The notes under the pieces are model-generated. The model ran no database searches, was not told the DNA's origin, and saw only the letters and a program-made list of their open reading frames with translations. Shown in pieces: positions 28,291 to 38,022 of a stretch of DNA of 64,000 nt. The DNA comes from Candidatus Fimivivens sp. (GTDB lineage Bacteria; Bacillota; Clostridia; Oscillospirales; Ruminococcaceae), in NCBI GenBank assembly GCA_034933525.1, contig JAYFNI010000002.1, positions 100,433 through 164,432 on the forward strand. The letters are read 5' to 3'. Positions within the stretch are counted from its first letter, which is position 1. Every line of letters begins with the position of its first letter. Both the position numbers and the translations under genes were made by a program.

Positions 28291-30354
28291 TTAAGGAACA
28301 TACACCAACCGCCCGCCGAGATGCCGATAACGATACCCGACCGTATCAGCCACATACCAATAGAACCCACCCGCACGAGAACCATAATACCAACCCGCAC
28401 CCAACAGGGCAAGTAAGAAACCACCCGCGTATTCGTTGTTCTGATAGAAATAATCACCCACGGGAAGATTGCTGTCACCAAGCGTTTCAGACGGGAAGAA
28501 CAGCCAATCAAAGGGTTCATTGTACGCCATCGCGGAAATATAACCGTTCTGCTTTGCAAGCGTGATTCCGGCATTTTTATAAGTTCCGTCTGTCTTGCTT
28601 TCGGCAAAAGCATTGTCCGCGACATATAATTCGTGGACGCTATACGGATAAATGTTCAAGCCGTCAACAAACTTCCAAATGTTACCCCACGGATTTTCTT
28701 CCCCGCGATAGGACACGGAACACTTACCAACTACACCCGGCGCATTTCCCGACGCGTTACCAAGTGAAGACGTGCCGCCTGTGAGAATTGACATATTGGT
28801 TGAACCGTCATCGGTATTATCCACGTTGCCGCGCCCAATCAGATTTTGAACGTTGAAGCCGCCGTATTCCACAATCATTAAAAGTTGTGTAGCGGCTGAA
28901 ATCGCGCCGTATTCCTGTGACCAACTCGCGCCCCGGTTCTCGGCAAGAATGCCGCAATTTCGACGGGTCAAATTCTGTGTTAATCCCGAAATCGGCTTTG
29001 CATTTGCAATAGACGATAATTTATCACCCGTGGAAGCCGTGAAATCTGCAATTTGCGCGTCATTCGTAATATAATCATTCGCGGAAGAATCCCATAAGCA
29101 CCCTTCATACGCGCCAATCAGAACATAATTCTTTTCTACGCCGTTTTTGATGAAGGCGGGATGTACTTTGAACCCTGCTTTCTGCGTCATGGACACATAA
29201 TAACGGGCTTTTCTCATGTGGAAGCCTTTACCGATTGAACCAGTTGTGTTTTTCGTTACGGTTGCAGTTACGCCTGTTGAACCACCGCTGAATATTGCGG
29301 TTGCTTTAGTCCCCGCTTCATTCGCTGTAAACGTCACATTCGCACCCGTGCCGCCTGTTATCCATCCTGCATAAACTGCCGCCCTGATTTTGGTTGCAAC
29401 AGCTTCAACGCTGTCACCCGCCGCAACAGCCACATTAAACGCCGTACCCGCAAGCGTGATAGTCACATTTCCCGCCGATGTTGCCGCGCCCGTCACGCTG
29501 ATTGTGTCAACCTCTTTAATTGCTATTTTTTCAAGTGTAAGGGGAACAACCTTGTAATAAAATTTCGGCTGATAAACCATGACTTGAACAATCGTTCCGA
29601 TTGCGTATGTCGTGCCGTCTTTTATTACCGCCTGTGTCAATTTGCCCGTTTCGGTGTAAGCAGAATCCCCGTACCACGCCACAATAACGCCCGTGTCTGT
29701 GACGTTGCACCGCTTACGACCGCCAAAGCATTCAATCCCGTCGAACATCGCGCCGGGGGTCTTGTTCAAAGCACCCGCAAGCCGCTTGAAGGTTCTATTT
29801 TGGAAATCAGCTTCAAGCCCGTAAATGTTTGCTTCGGTGTACCCGACATAAGATTGAATATCCGAAATTTGAGAATAGATTTCATCTAAGTCACCAACCG
29901 TCGCAACAGCGGCGGGGTCAACTTCCAAAGTTACGCTTGAAGCGTTGCCGACGCTGATGACCAGTTCAAATTTAATACCCGTACTGGTTACGCCGTTGAA
30001 CGCGGGGATATAGTCAGCTTGACCGTTCACGATGGTCACACCATAAAGAATTTCCCCTTCGTCGGGGTCAATCGCATAAACGCCCACGGTTTGGCAGGAA
30101 TAACCCGCCACAAGGGAAGCGTTATTGATTGCCCCTTCAATCTTGATTGCCGTGCCGTTTGTCCGCGTGACTTTACTGACAAGCGTGGTTTGCTTCACGT
30201 TTGCCAAAGCGGTTAAGGCTTCAAGCTGTCCCGCCGTGTAAATCTGTGAAGATGTGTTGATTTTGGTGAATTGGATATTGCCAACCCCCGCCATCATTTT
30301 AGCCATCAACGCTTGACCTTTGCCCGTGATGACTACGTTTTGAAATTGTGCCAT
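28291..30354 (-). CDS. Tail fibre/receptor-binding protein, DGR target (C-type-lectin-like C-terminus)
   Basis: Tail-collar-like N-terminus (VVITGKGQALMAK), RGEENPWGNIWKFVDG and terminal GGRL typical of CLec-fold DGR targets; contains VR. Confidence 0.9.
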   Translation of the reverse strand: MAQFQNVVITGKGQALMAKMMAGVGNIQFTKINTSSQIYTAGQLEALTALANVKQTTLVSKVTRTNGTAIKIEGAINNASLVAGYSCQTVGVYAIDPDEGEILYGVTIVNGQADYIPAFNGVTSTGIKFELVISVGNASSVTLEVDPAAVATVGDLDEIYSQISDIQSYVGYTEANIYGLEADFQNRTFKRLAGALNKTPGAMFDGIECFGGRKRCNVTDTGVIVAWYGDSAYTETGKLTQAVIKDGTTYAIGTIVQVMVYQPKFYYKVVPLTLEKIAIKEVDTISVTGAATSAGNVTITLAGTAFNVAVAAGDSVEAVATKIRAAVYAGWITGGTGANVTFTANEAGTKATAIFSGGSTGVTATVTKNTTGSIGKGFHMRKARYYVSMTQKAGFKVHPAFIKNGVEKNYVLIGAYEGCLWDSSANDYITNDAQIADFTASTGDKLSSIANAKPISGLTQNLTRRNCGILAENRGASWSQEYGAISAATQLLMIVEYGGFNVQNLIGRGNVDNTDDGSTNMSILTGGTSSLGNASGNAPGVVGKCSVSYRGEENPWGNIWKFVDGLNIYPYSVHELYVADNAFAESKTDGTYKNAGITLAKQNGYISAMAYNEPFDWLFFPSETLGDSNLPVGDYFYQNNEYAGGFLLALLGAGWYYGSRAGGFYWYVADTVGYRYRHLGGRLVYVP
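28299..28425 (-). repeat. DGR variable repeat (VR)
   Basis: Encodes GGFLLALLGAGWYYGSRAGGFYWYVADTVGYRYRHLGGRLVY at the target C-terminus. Confidence 0.96.
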
Positions 30355-30370
30355 TGTTTATGTCCCCTTT

Positions 30371-31072
30371 CTAAATTTGGTATTCAGTCACGACAACCGC
30401 CGCGCTTTTATTGGAAGCTGAACCATTTGCGGAAACGACTGTTTCAAAGTCATTCGTAATAAGTTCAACTTTTGTTTGAACAAGCGTTGAACCGTGTACG
30501 GCTATACCGTTCACACCGTATGTGTCAGAAAAATCATTCGTAACCATGTAAATCATCGTCGGAATGATTGCCGAACCAATACGCGCTTGACCGTTTGCAC
30601 GACATTCAAGGGCGTTTGTCGAAATTATAATCAGGTTCGCCGGGATGACTGATTGAATAAGGTATTTCAAATTGTCAACCCCGCCGATTTCCCCGATGTG
30701 GGTTATCAACTCCATTTCATATTCGGTGAAGTTGGTGTTCAGTTCAAAATTATCACCGAACAGATTTGTCAGCATATTTATAAACGCTGTCAATGTGTAC
30801 GGTAATCGCTCATTCAACCGAATCAGGATTTTAGTTTTTCGTGCGTCAAGTGAATCCGTCGCTTTAGGGATAATTCCAAGAATCGTTTCCCACCGCTTCA
30901 CGCCATATTCAGTTGATGTTTCAACGAATTGGTTATTAAGGGCGTTTTGAATTTCATTGAACAAATTAAAAATTTCCGGCTGTTCACCATAGGTCAAGGC
31001 TTTATACTGTTTGACCTCTTTCAAAACCGTGGGAACGTAACCAATCAAAGGGCGGTCTTCGTAATTAGACAT
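30371..31072 (-). CDS. Baseplate protein (YmfQ/XkdU-like)
   Basis: GVKRWETILGI...LDARK motif; position after baseplate J. Confidence 0.75.
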   Translation of the reverse strand: MSNYEDRPLIGYVPTVLKEVKQYKALTYGEQPEIFNLFNEIQNALNNQFVETSTEYGVKRWETILGIIPKATDSLDARKTKILIRLNERLPYTLTAFINMLTNLFGDNFELNTNFTEYEMELITHIGEIGGVDNLKYLIQSVIPANLIIISTNALECRANGQARIGSAIIPTMIYMVTNDFSDTYGVNGIAVHGSTLVQTKVELITNDFETVVSANGSASNKSAAVVVTEYQI

Positions 31073-32165
31073 TGCTCACCGTCCCCCTAACTGGTATAGA
31101 ATTTACGCCAAGTTTTAAGTTTTGGGCTTGACTGTTCAACGTGGTATTTTCTACGTCAAGAATGCCCGTTACTCCTAAAAAACGCGTTTCAATTTGGCTG
31201 ATTCTCACGGTCAACGTTGCGGCGGGGTCATTGCGCCAATCAACAGCGTCCCATTCTTCCGCAAGTTCTGTAAAATAATCGTCAATCGCCTGTTCGACAT
31301 AAGGTTTAACGGCGTTCCAATCCCAACCACTTTCAAAAGTCAAGTGTGTTGCGACATTTACCGTTTCCCCGGTTACTCCCTGAACCGTAACAGTATGACC
31401 AATCGGCGCAACCCCCAACCCCAAGCCTTGATTTTGTATCGGGTCAATGGCTGTTTGTACTGCGTCAATTAGTACGGGGGATGGAACTTGAAATTGGGTA
31501 TTCAAAATGACCAATTTCACCGTGCCGCCGCCATTCCATACGGGATAAACTTTCACGCCACCCACCCCGGCAAGGGCAAGGGTCTTTTCAATGTAATCCT
31601 GAATATTGCCGCCATACGCTTGCATTTGTAAACTGTTATAATAGCGTTGTCGCAAATGTTCCGTTGCTTCTTCGTCTTCACCCGGAATAAGAATATCCGT
31701 CAGAATTGCGGTTGTCAGTCCTTCAACGTAATCGTTGGGAACAAGGTCACCACTTTCAAGATTTCCAACTACCCCCGCCGTTTCACAACGTAATTCAAAA
31801 GCATTGGCTTCAATCTTCGTTATAACCTTGTAATTTAACAGGTTCAACGAAAAAACTGAACCAATTGGAACGTCAATATTGAATTCACCCCGACGAATTG
31901 CAAATGTTGCGGGTTCAACAATGATTCCACGTTCTTTACATCGACGAATGAGAAAATCGCGGGTTTGTGTGTCCGCGAATGATTCATTCAGAACTTCACT
32001 AAGTTCAATATACATCTGTTGCATTTCAAGCGCGGCGGGGGAAAGGGCGGTTCTAATCAACGAACCTTCACGCGTGTCAATGGTTATTCCGCGTTCACGC
32101 GCCCATTCATCAACGCTATCCAACATTCTTTGTAAAATTATTTGACTTGTCTGATTCTCAAACAT
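31065..32165 (-). CDS. xkdT: Baseplate J-like protein
   Basis: DTREGSLI, GEDEE..E.LRQRY, GGNIQDY, APIGHTVTV motifs. Confidence 0.88.
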   Translation of the reverse strand: MFENQTSQIILQRMLDSVDEWARERGITIDTREGSLIRTALSPAALEMQQMYIELSEVLNESFADTQTRDFLIRRCKERGIIVEPATFAIRRGEFNIDVPIGSVFSLNLLNYKVITKIEANAFELRCETAGVVGNLESGDLVPNDYVEGLTTAILTDILIPGEDEEATEHLRQRYYNSLQMQAYGGNIQDYIEKTLALAGVGGVKVYPVWNGGGTVKLVILNTQFQVPSPVLIDAVQTAIDPIQNQGLGLGVAPIGHTVTVQGVTGETVNVATHLTFESGWDWNAVKPYVEQAIDDYFTELAEEWDAVDWRNDPAATLTVRISQIETRFLGVTGILDVENTTLNSQAQNLKLGVNSIPVRGTVSNV

Positions 32166-32566
32166 TAGATATTCACCCCCTTTTGAATTAGTACATCGCC
32201 GTAAATTGTCCGTGCTGTGAAGTTGACTGTCAACTTTCCCTTACCAACTTCAAATTCAAAATTGTCAACGGCTTCAATTCGTGCGTCTTGTAACAACGCT
32301 TCGGAAATACGCCGCTTTACTTCCGGGATAACCCACGAAATTGGCATTCCGAAAAGTTCATCAAATTCAACCCCGTAATTCCATGAAAAAATAACCCATT
32401 GGAAACGTTCAGTTCCAAGGGTTAAGTAAATCGCTTGTTTTATTGCGTCCTGCTCGTCGGTCATCCCTAACACAACGTTATTGTCAATGTCCAGTCTGAA
32501 CGTATAGCTTGAAGGTTCAACAAATTCAATGTCATTGTTCAAAATAGAACTTGTGGACGGTATCAT
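32165..32566 (-). CDS. xkdS: Baseplate wedge protein (XkdS/gp25-like)
   Basis: IKQAIYLTLGTERF, YGVEF, RRISEALLQDARI. Confidence 0.8.
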   Translation of the reverse strand: MIPSTSSILNNDIEFVEPSSYTFRLDIDNNVVLGMTDEQDAIKQAIYLTLGTERFQWVIFSWNYGVEFDELFGMPISWVIPEVKRRISEALLQDARIEAVDNFEFEVGKGKLTVNFTARTIYGDVLIQKGVNI

Positions 32567-32985
32567 TACATCGCCCCCAATCTATCAATCACAATGAACC
32601 TTTGACCACCCTGTTCGCGAATTAGAATAACTTTATCACCAACGACCAACCCATTATGAACGGTGAAGGTCTTTCGCCCTACATACGCGTGTTTGTGCGT
32701 TGTCGGGTCAGAAGAACCGCCGTTTGAATAGGTGTCATGAATGACGTGGGTATGTTCCGTTTCGTCTTCCGTCATATGATTAACGGTCATTTGAATTGTG
32801 TACGTAGTCACGTTTCGCGCCAACACAAGTTGGGCGGCTTCAAGGGTCATTTTCTGTTCAACGTTGATTTTCAGGGGGGACGCGCTGACCACGTTTCCGA
32901 AAAACACATTAACGGGCTTTGACGCTTCGACTGCGCCTAATGCCGCGTTTTTTACTGCTTCAACAATATCAGCCAACAAATTCAC
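32566..32985 (-). CDS. XkdR-like spike protein
   Basis: G.VVSASPLKI...; His-rich HTH/HKH segment; L.VGDKVIL.R.QGGQ.FIVIDR. Confidence 0.7.
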   Translation of the reverse strand: MNLLADIVEAVKNAALGAVEASKPVNVFFGNVVSASPLKINVEQKMTLEAAQLVLARNVTTYTIQMTVNHMTEDETEHTHVIHDTYSNGGSSDPTTHKHAYVGRKTFTVHNGLVVGDKVILIREQGGQRFIVIDRLGAM

Positions 32986-33928
32986 CCCCTCGTAAAGTTA
33001 AATCCATCCAATGTTCATTTTCATTGAATGTATGAACGCATTTTTCAACCAACATGAAGTTTTGAACGTTTACATCACCCAATCCCAACTTCACAACAAT
33101 CATGTTTCCTGCGCGAATACGCGTGTCCCCGAATGCCTTTGTGATTTTCAGCTTGCGGGTTTTGGCATTGTAAAGAGAAAGTAACGCGGCGGCTTTTTGT
33201 TCCCCGTTCTCACCCTCGCTCAACGTGTCAAAATACTGCAATACGCCCCAATTGTTGATGTTGTTACCGTCCTGCATAACGTAAATGTCACGCTTCCCGG
33301 TCTTCTCGTTCTCATAGGACAATTTCACCCGGTTATAGGTTTGGTCATCAATAGACGATGTATAGTCAAAATTTTCGCCTGTTTCTTCGTCAATGAGTAA
33401 ACCAACCTTCATTTGGTCTAATGATTTCAACGTCAGCCGTCCAAAATCATCATACAGAATGAACATTTGCTTTTTGTTTTGAAGTTCCAAGTCAAGCGCG
33501 TTTCCGATAACATCAAATAACATCGTGTTATCTTCCACGCGGGAAGTGATGACAAAGCCCGTTTTTTCAATCTCGCCAAGCTGTAACCCAAAATCGGCGG
33601 CAATCATTTTTATAACGTCGCTTGCCGTTTTTTTCGTGTAAATATAAGTGTCCTTATTCTGCAAATACCGTAATTGGTCATACGCTGTAACTGCAATTTT
33701 TTGTTCCCGGTCACGCTTCTTTGAAAAAATGAACCCGTAGAATATTTTCTTCCCATCGACTGTAAATCGGACGGGGTTTCCTTCCGTGAAATTCATTACG
33801 TTATCCTTCAAAACGGTAAACGTCAGCTTACCGGGAACGCCTTTACGCTCTGTTGTCAGCGTCACCCCATCCAATACCGGGGGCATTTGGACAACCCCGT
33901 TATTTTCAATGAGAAGTTCAAAGTTCAT
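32969..33928 (-). CDS. xkdQ: Baseplate hub protein (XkdQ-like)
   Basis: TAYDQLRYLQNKDT, NWGVLQYF; start re-set to ATG at 33928. Confidence 0.78.
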   Translation of the reverse strand: MNFELLIENNGVVQMPPVLDGVTLTTERKGVPGKLTFTVLKDNVMNFTEGNPVRFTVDGKKIFYGFIFSKKRDREQKIAVTAYDQLRYLQNKDTYIYTKKTASDVIKMIAADFGLQLGEIEKTGFVITSRVEDNTMLFDVIGNALDLELQNKKQMFILYDDFGRLTLKSLDQMKVGLLIDEETGENFDYTSSIDDQTYNRVKLSYENEKTGKRDIYVMQDGNNINNWGVLQYFDTLSEGENGEQKAAALLSLYNAKTRKLKITKAFGDTRIRAGNMIVVKLGLGDVNVQNFMLVEKCVHTFNENEHWMDLTLRGGEFVG

Positions 33929-33944
33929 TGAACGCGCCCCCTTT

Positions 33945-34634
33945 CTATGGAATTTTGAACACTTGTCCCGGATAAATCGTATACTTTGTGTTTCCAGTCC
34001 CCTTATTACGCCCGTCAATTGTGCTTTGATTCAGCGCGTAAATTTCAGGGTATCGGCTACCGTTACCAAGATACTTTTGGGCAATGTTCCATAAACAATC
34101 ACCCTTGACAACGGTATGTGTTTTTTGCGCCGGGGGATTGTCGGCGGGTCTTTTCTGTTCGACCGTTGCCGTAGTTTTCGCGGGTGTCGGCTGTTTTATT
34201 TCAATAACCTTTGTCCCCCAATCCTTGTATTGTTTCAAGGAAACATCAACGGAAATGTCAAAACCGCCTTTTACATCTTCAAGAATTTTGTAATCTTCCA
34301 ACGATACTTTGATGTTGGTATCAAACAACACTTTGCCGCCCGGTGTTAGGCGGGAAACAATGAATTGAAAAGGGGATAGGCTTGTTTTCAGCCGCTCCAA
34401 TTCGTCAATGAAGAACGACGCGTTTTTATATCCGCCGTCGTAACGGGCAAACGGATATTTCACATTTGGCAACAAAGCCGTGAATGAAATATCCGTCAAA
34501 CCCGCCATTTTCAGAACGTTTATTTCCCCCTCGTTTATCAGCGTCATGGTCTGATTATTTCCGTTGATATTCAATGAAAGTTTAGAAGGGGAAACGGGTA
34601 ACCGCGTTTTATTAAGAAAAAAATCGTATGCCAT
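33945..34634 (-). CDS. xkdP: LysM tail-tube initiator (XkdP-like)
   Basis: HTVVKGDCLWNIAQKYLGNGSRYPEIY LysM domain. Confidence 0.82.
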   Translation of the reverse strand: MAYDFFLNKTRLPVSPSKLSLNINGNNQTMTLINEGEINVLKMAGLTDISFTALLPNVKYPFARYDGGYKNASFFIDELERLKTSLSPFQFIVSRLTPGGKVLFDTNIKVSLEDYKILEDVKGGFDISVDVSLKQYKDWGTKVIEIKQPTPAKTTATVEQKRPADNPPAQKTHTVVKGDCLWNIAQKYLGNGSRYPEIYALNQSTIDGRNKGTGNTKYTIYPGQVFKIP

Positions 34635-36808
34635 TACACATGAACCCCCTCTGCAACTTCCAGTAACCTTTCTTCAACCTTCTCACCGATGTAGTCAACA
34701 ATACCGTCCAAGTCCATATTGGACGAAACGTTGTTGTTCATCGTCAACCCACCTAAATCAACATTCGCCGTCGTGAATCTGTTGATGGTGTCGCGTTCGG
34801 CAAGGTCACGCCACAACTTCATATTTTCTTCACTAAAATCGGCGGTCTTTCCTGTGTTCCCTGCAATGTCATTCACGCCGTTTTCAATACCTGAAAGGTC
34901 ATACGCCCCATAGTCACCCGCGTTGGGAATGTTGCTGTCAAACAAGGAAGCGGGGTCAAAGTTGGCGATTGCGCTATCAACGTTTTGTCCTGCTGTATAA
35001 CCTGTGTCCCAAGCGTCCCCATACGCCCAACGCTTCAAGCCTAACCCTTCAACGGATAAGTCAAGACTGTCCATGACCTTTGAATAATTCTCGTTCGGGG
35101 CATATTCAGCAACTGCCGCGTCTGCCATGCTTTTTAACCCGGAACGCCAACCCGCCACCGCGTCAGCCATCGACGAACCAAACACAAAGTCAAGCGCGGA
35201 CGCAATTTTTTGAAGTATTGCAAGTACATTGTCAGCCATACCCTGAAACAAGTAGATAATACTTGAAATCGGGTTTGTGAATACGTTTCCTATGAAGTTC
35301 GCGAATTCAATGAACGGATTGACCAAGTAATTTATCACACCAAGCACCAATTCAAGTAAACCCAAGAACAAGTTCCATAGGAACGCCCCAAGCGTTGTGA
35401 ATGCACCGAAAATAACGCCTGTCGCGCTAATAGATGTACCCGCCGCCTGATTCATAATGCCAATGACAAGGTAAATCGCCCCGATGATTGCGATGATAGC
35501 AATCAGAATCCAAGTCAAAGGACAAGCAAGCAACGCCGCATTCAAGCCATATTGGGCGGCTGTCTGCGCGAACGTCGCACCCGTGGACATAGCCGTTGCC
35601 GCCGCGTGTACTGCTTCCCGCATTGTCGCAACCGCTTTTAAGCCGTTGGAAATTGCCTGTAACGTGTTGTATACGGTCAGGATTGCGACGTATGCCGCCA
35701 TAGCCGCGACCACCGTTCCGATGATAGGGGCAAGCCACGACCAATTGTCATTCGCAAATTGGGCGATTGCTCCGATTGCGTTGAATACTTCTGCCAATAC
35801 TCCCGCCACAACGACCATCGCGGACGTGACGTTACTGACCAACGTTTGAAACGCCGGGGAATTGGCGATTTCGTTTAATCTGTTCAAAACAGGTTGAAAC
35901 GCCATCAACGCTTGATTCTTCATGCTCGTCGCAATCTGACCGAACGTTTTAGGCATTTCTTCAAATTTGGCATTGGTTTCATCAGCCGCCGAAAGCAAAG
36001 CCGACTTCACAACCCCTGCCGTCAACTGTCCGTCCTGCGCCATTTCACGGATTTTTCCAATAGGAACATCAAGGTAATCCGCTATGGTCTGAATGATTGT
36101 CGGGGCTTGCTCGAATACGCTGTTCAGTTCCTCACCCCGCAACACACCCGAACCCATAGCCTGTGTAAGCTGTAACATTGCCGCGTCAATACCTTGTGTT
36201 GAAGTCCCGGCAATGGTAAATTGCTTGTTTAATTGCTCCGTGAACGCTATCAATTCCGCATTACTTGAAAAAGCGTCACGCGCCATAATACCGATTTTAC
36301 CCACCGCGTCAGCCGTTGCCTGATATGAACCCCTTGACCTTTCGGCGGCAAGGAAAATCATGTTTTGCAAGTCTTCCGTGGTCTGTAAACCGTCGTTCAT
36401 CATATTCAAACGGGCGGTTGTCTGCGTCAGTTCGTCGGATATACCCAACACCTTTTTTACGCCTTGAATGGACGCATACGCGGCAACCGCTCCCATTAGT
36501 TTCTTTGTTAATCCATCAGCCGCCCCGTGACCTTCGCGAACGCTGTTGTTGAACCCGTTTTGTCCTTGCTCCATCTGCTGAATCGTATCTTCTACAATAG
36601 AAAATTGCTGATTCAACTGTTCGGCGGCAAAGTTCGCCATATCAACTTGACGTTGCATAGCGTCAAGGGAAGCCGTGTTAATATCGGACGCATTTTCGAC
36701 ACTGTTGAACCCGGTAATCAAGTTGTTTATTGCGTTGTTAATACTCATGATTGGCGCGGTCATTTGGTCAACCAATCTGATTGTCGTTGCTATACCCTGC
36801 ATTTTCAC
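34634..36808 (-). CDS. Tape measure protein
   Basis: Tape-measure core (QLTQAMGSGVLRGEELNSVFEQAP), Ala-rich hydrophobic middle, 724 aa. Confidence 0.9.
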   Translation of the reverse strand: MKMQGIATTIRLVDQMTAPIMSINNAINNLITGFNSVENASDINTASLDAMQRQVDMANFAAEQLNQQFSIVEDTIQQMEQGQNGFNNSVREGHGAADGLTKKLMGAVAAYASIQGVKKVLGISDELTQTTARLNMMNDGLQTTEDLQNMIFLAAERSRGSYQATADAVGKIGIMARDAFSSNAELIAFTEQLNKQFTIAGTSTQGIDAAMLQLTQAMGSGVLRGEELNSVFEQAPTIIQTIADYLDVPIGKIREMAQDGQLTAGVVKSALLSAADETNAKFEEMPKTFGQIATSMKNQALMAFQPVLNRLNEIANSPAFQTLVSNVTSAMVVVAGVLAEVFNAIGAIAQFANDNWSWLAPIIGTVVAAMAAYVAILTVYNTLQAISNGLKAVATMREAVHAAATAMSTGATFAQTAAQYGLNAALLACPLTWILIAIIAIIGAIYLVIGIMNQAAGTSISATGVIFGAFTTLGAFLWNLFLGLLELVLGVINYLVNPFIEFANFIGNVFTNPISSIIYLFQGMADNVLAILQKIASALDFVFGSSMADAVAGWRSGLKSMADAAVAEYAPNENYSKVMDSLDLSVEGLGLKRWAYGDAWDTGYTAGQNVDSAIANFDPASLFDSNIPNAGDYGAYDLSGIENGVNDIAGNTGKTADFSEENMKLWRDLAERDTINRFTTANVDLGGLTMNNNVSSNMDLDGIVDYIGEKVEERLLEVAEGVHV

Positions 36809-36823
36809 GCCCCCTTTTTCATG

Positions 36824-36878
36824 AAAAAACGGAAACAGTAAATTGAAAAGTTAATTTCAAATTACCGTTTCCGTTTTC
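36824..36878. other. Long hairpin overlapping the chaperone-extension stop, upstream of tape measure
   Basis: aaaacggaaac.gtaa.ttgaa / ttcaa.ttac.gtttccgtttt; apex is the TTGAAAAGTTAATTTCAAA motif. Confidence 0.55.
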
Positions 36879-37065
36879 CACTTTTGTTCTGTGACTTAAT
36901 TCTTGCCGCTTCCTCTTTGTCAGCTTGTATCTTAACACTTACAGAAGCATAGTAAAGGGCTTTAACGCTTTGGTCTGCGTCAAGCCATTCGTTAATTTGG
37001 GACGGTGACCAATGAAGTTTTTGAATTGCGAAATGTAGAAAATTAGCTTCGGGGTCACCATCCAC
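36862..37065 (-). CDS. Tail chaperone frameshift extension (gpT-like)
   Basis: Lies in the -1 frame of the upstream chaperone and is open through the slippery site. Confidence 0.7.
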   Translation of the reverse strand: MDGDPEANFLHFAIQKLHWSPSQINEWLDADQSVKALYYASVSVKIQADKEEAARIKSQNKSGKRKR

Positions 37066-37067
37066 TA

Positions 37068-37505
37068 TTAGTTTTTTGCTTCGTCAACCTCGTCTTGAAT
37101 CGGTGTAAAACCGTTGAACTGATTGATGAACTGAATGAAAGCGTTCCATTCGCCGCTATCATCAACCATTTCTTGAACAAGGTCTTCTGGGGTACTCACC
37201 CCGTAGCTGTCTTGAAGTTCTGCGTTGTAAAGGTCAGGGACAACCACGGACGCGGCAACCAACTTTTTCATGTACTTCGTGGGGTCAACCCTCTGCATGA
37301 ATTGATTTGGTTTACCGGGAACAGGGACATTCAGCATACACTTGTTTTGAATATCCTCATTTTCTTTCGTGGTGATAGGCTTGATTTCCCAATCAAGCGG
37401 CTTGCCTTTTTCGTCGCAAAGGCTTTTTGTCGCGGGGAACGTAGTATTCGCCTTGACAGTCTTGTTCTTTTTCAAGAACGCGGACATATTGGTAACATTG
37501 GACAT
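37068..37505 (-). CDS. xkdN: Tail assembly chaperone (XkdN-like)
   Basis: LVAASVVVPDL.NAELQDSYGV..PEDL motif; follows the tube gene. Confidence 0.8.
   Translation of the reverse strand: MSNVTNMSAFLKKNKTVKANTTFPATKSLCDEKGKPLDWEIKPITTKENEDIQNKCMLNVPVPGKPNQFMQRVDPTKYMKKLVAASVVVPDLYNAELQDSYGVSTPEDLVQEMVDDSGEWNAFIQFINQFNGFTPIQDEVDEAKN
37071..37077 (-). other. -1 ribosomal slippery site A AAA AAC
   Basis: GCA AAA AAC TAA; -1 frame reads AAA AAA CTA ATA GTG GAT GGT into the next ORF. Confidence 0.75.
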
Positions 37506-37525
37506 ATCGTTTCACCGTTCCTTTC

Positions 37526-38002
37526 TTACATTCCGACCAGTTCTTTGAACTTTTCAGGCATTTTGAAATCTTCAAATGTGCCGTCAACGTCCTCGTCAAG
37601 ATACTCGCCGTCTGCGTCGAACTTCGCCAAAATACCGCCGTCAAGGTTACAATCAATGAAAATCATCGTTTGCCGACCCGCCGTCGATGTGGGGTCTTCG
37701 TTAGTCACCTGAATTTCAAAGTAGGTGTCTTCGCCCGTGTCCTTAAAATCAACCATCATTTGGCGCATGATGGATTGATTATAGTGCATTGTCGCGCTGA
37801 AAGTTCCTTCCCACCCTGTCGCTTTGTTCGCCTGACCCGTGCGCCCCAAGATAGGAACGACGATTTTGTTCTTGTCGAACTTCGCTTCAAAGTTAATCAT
37901 TTGCATAAAATTGTAGCGTCTGCCTTTGATGGTAATGAAGCATTCGGCAAGTTTTGCGGAAAGCGCGTCCTTGCCTTTCATGATGACATTGTTCAAAGCC
38001 AT
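37526..38002 (-). CDS. xkdM: Tail tube protein
   Basis: VPILGRTG..NKATGWEGTFSATMHY; EDFKMPEKF. Confidence 0.85.
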   Translation of the reverse strand: MALNNVIMKGKDALSAKLAECFITIKGRRYNFMQMINFEAKFDKNKIVVPILGRTGQANKATGWEGTFSATMHYNQSIMRQMMVDFKDTGEDTYFEIQVTNEDPTSTAGRQTMIFIDCNLDGGILAKFDADGEYLDEDVDGTFEDFKMPEKFKELVGM

Positions 38003-38022
38003 TTTGAATTATCCCCCTTTCC

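Noticed and set aside
28227-28625. 132-aa ORF as a possible Avd
   Set aside because: It is an alternative frame overlapping the target's VR, with no helical-bundle character or RBS; treated as a shadow ORF.
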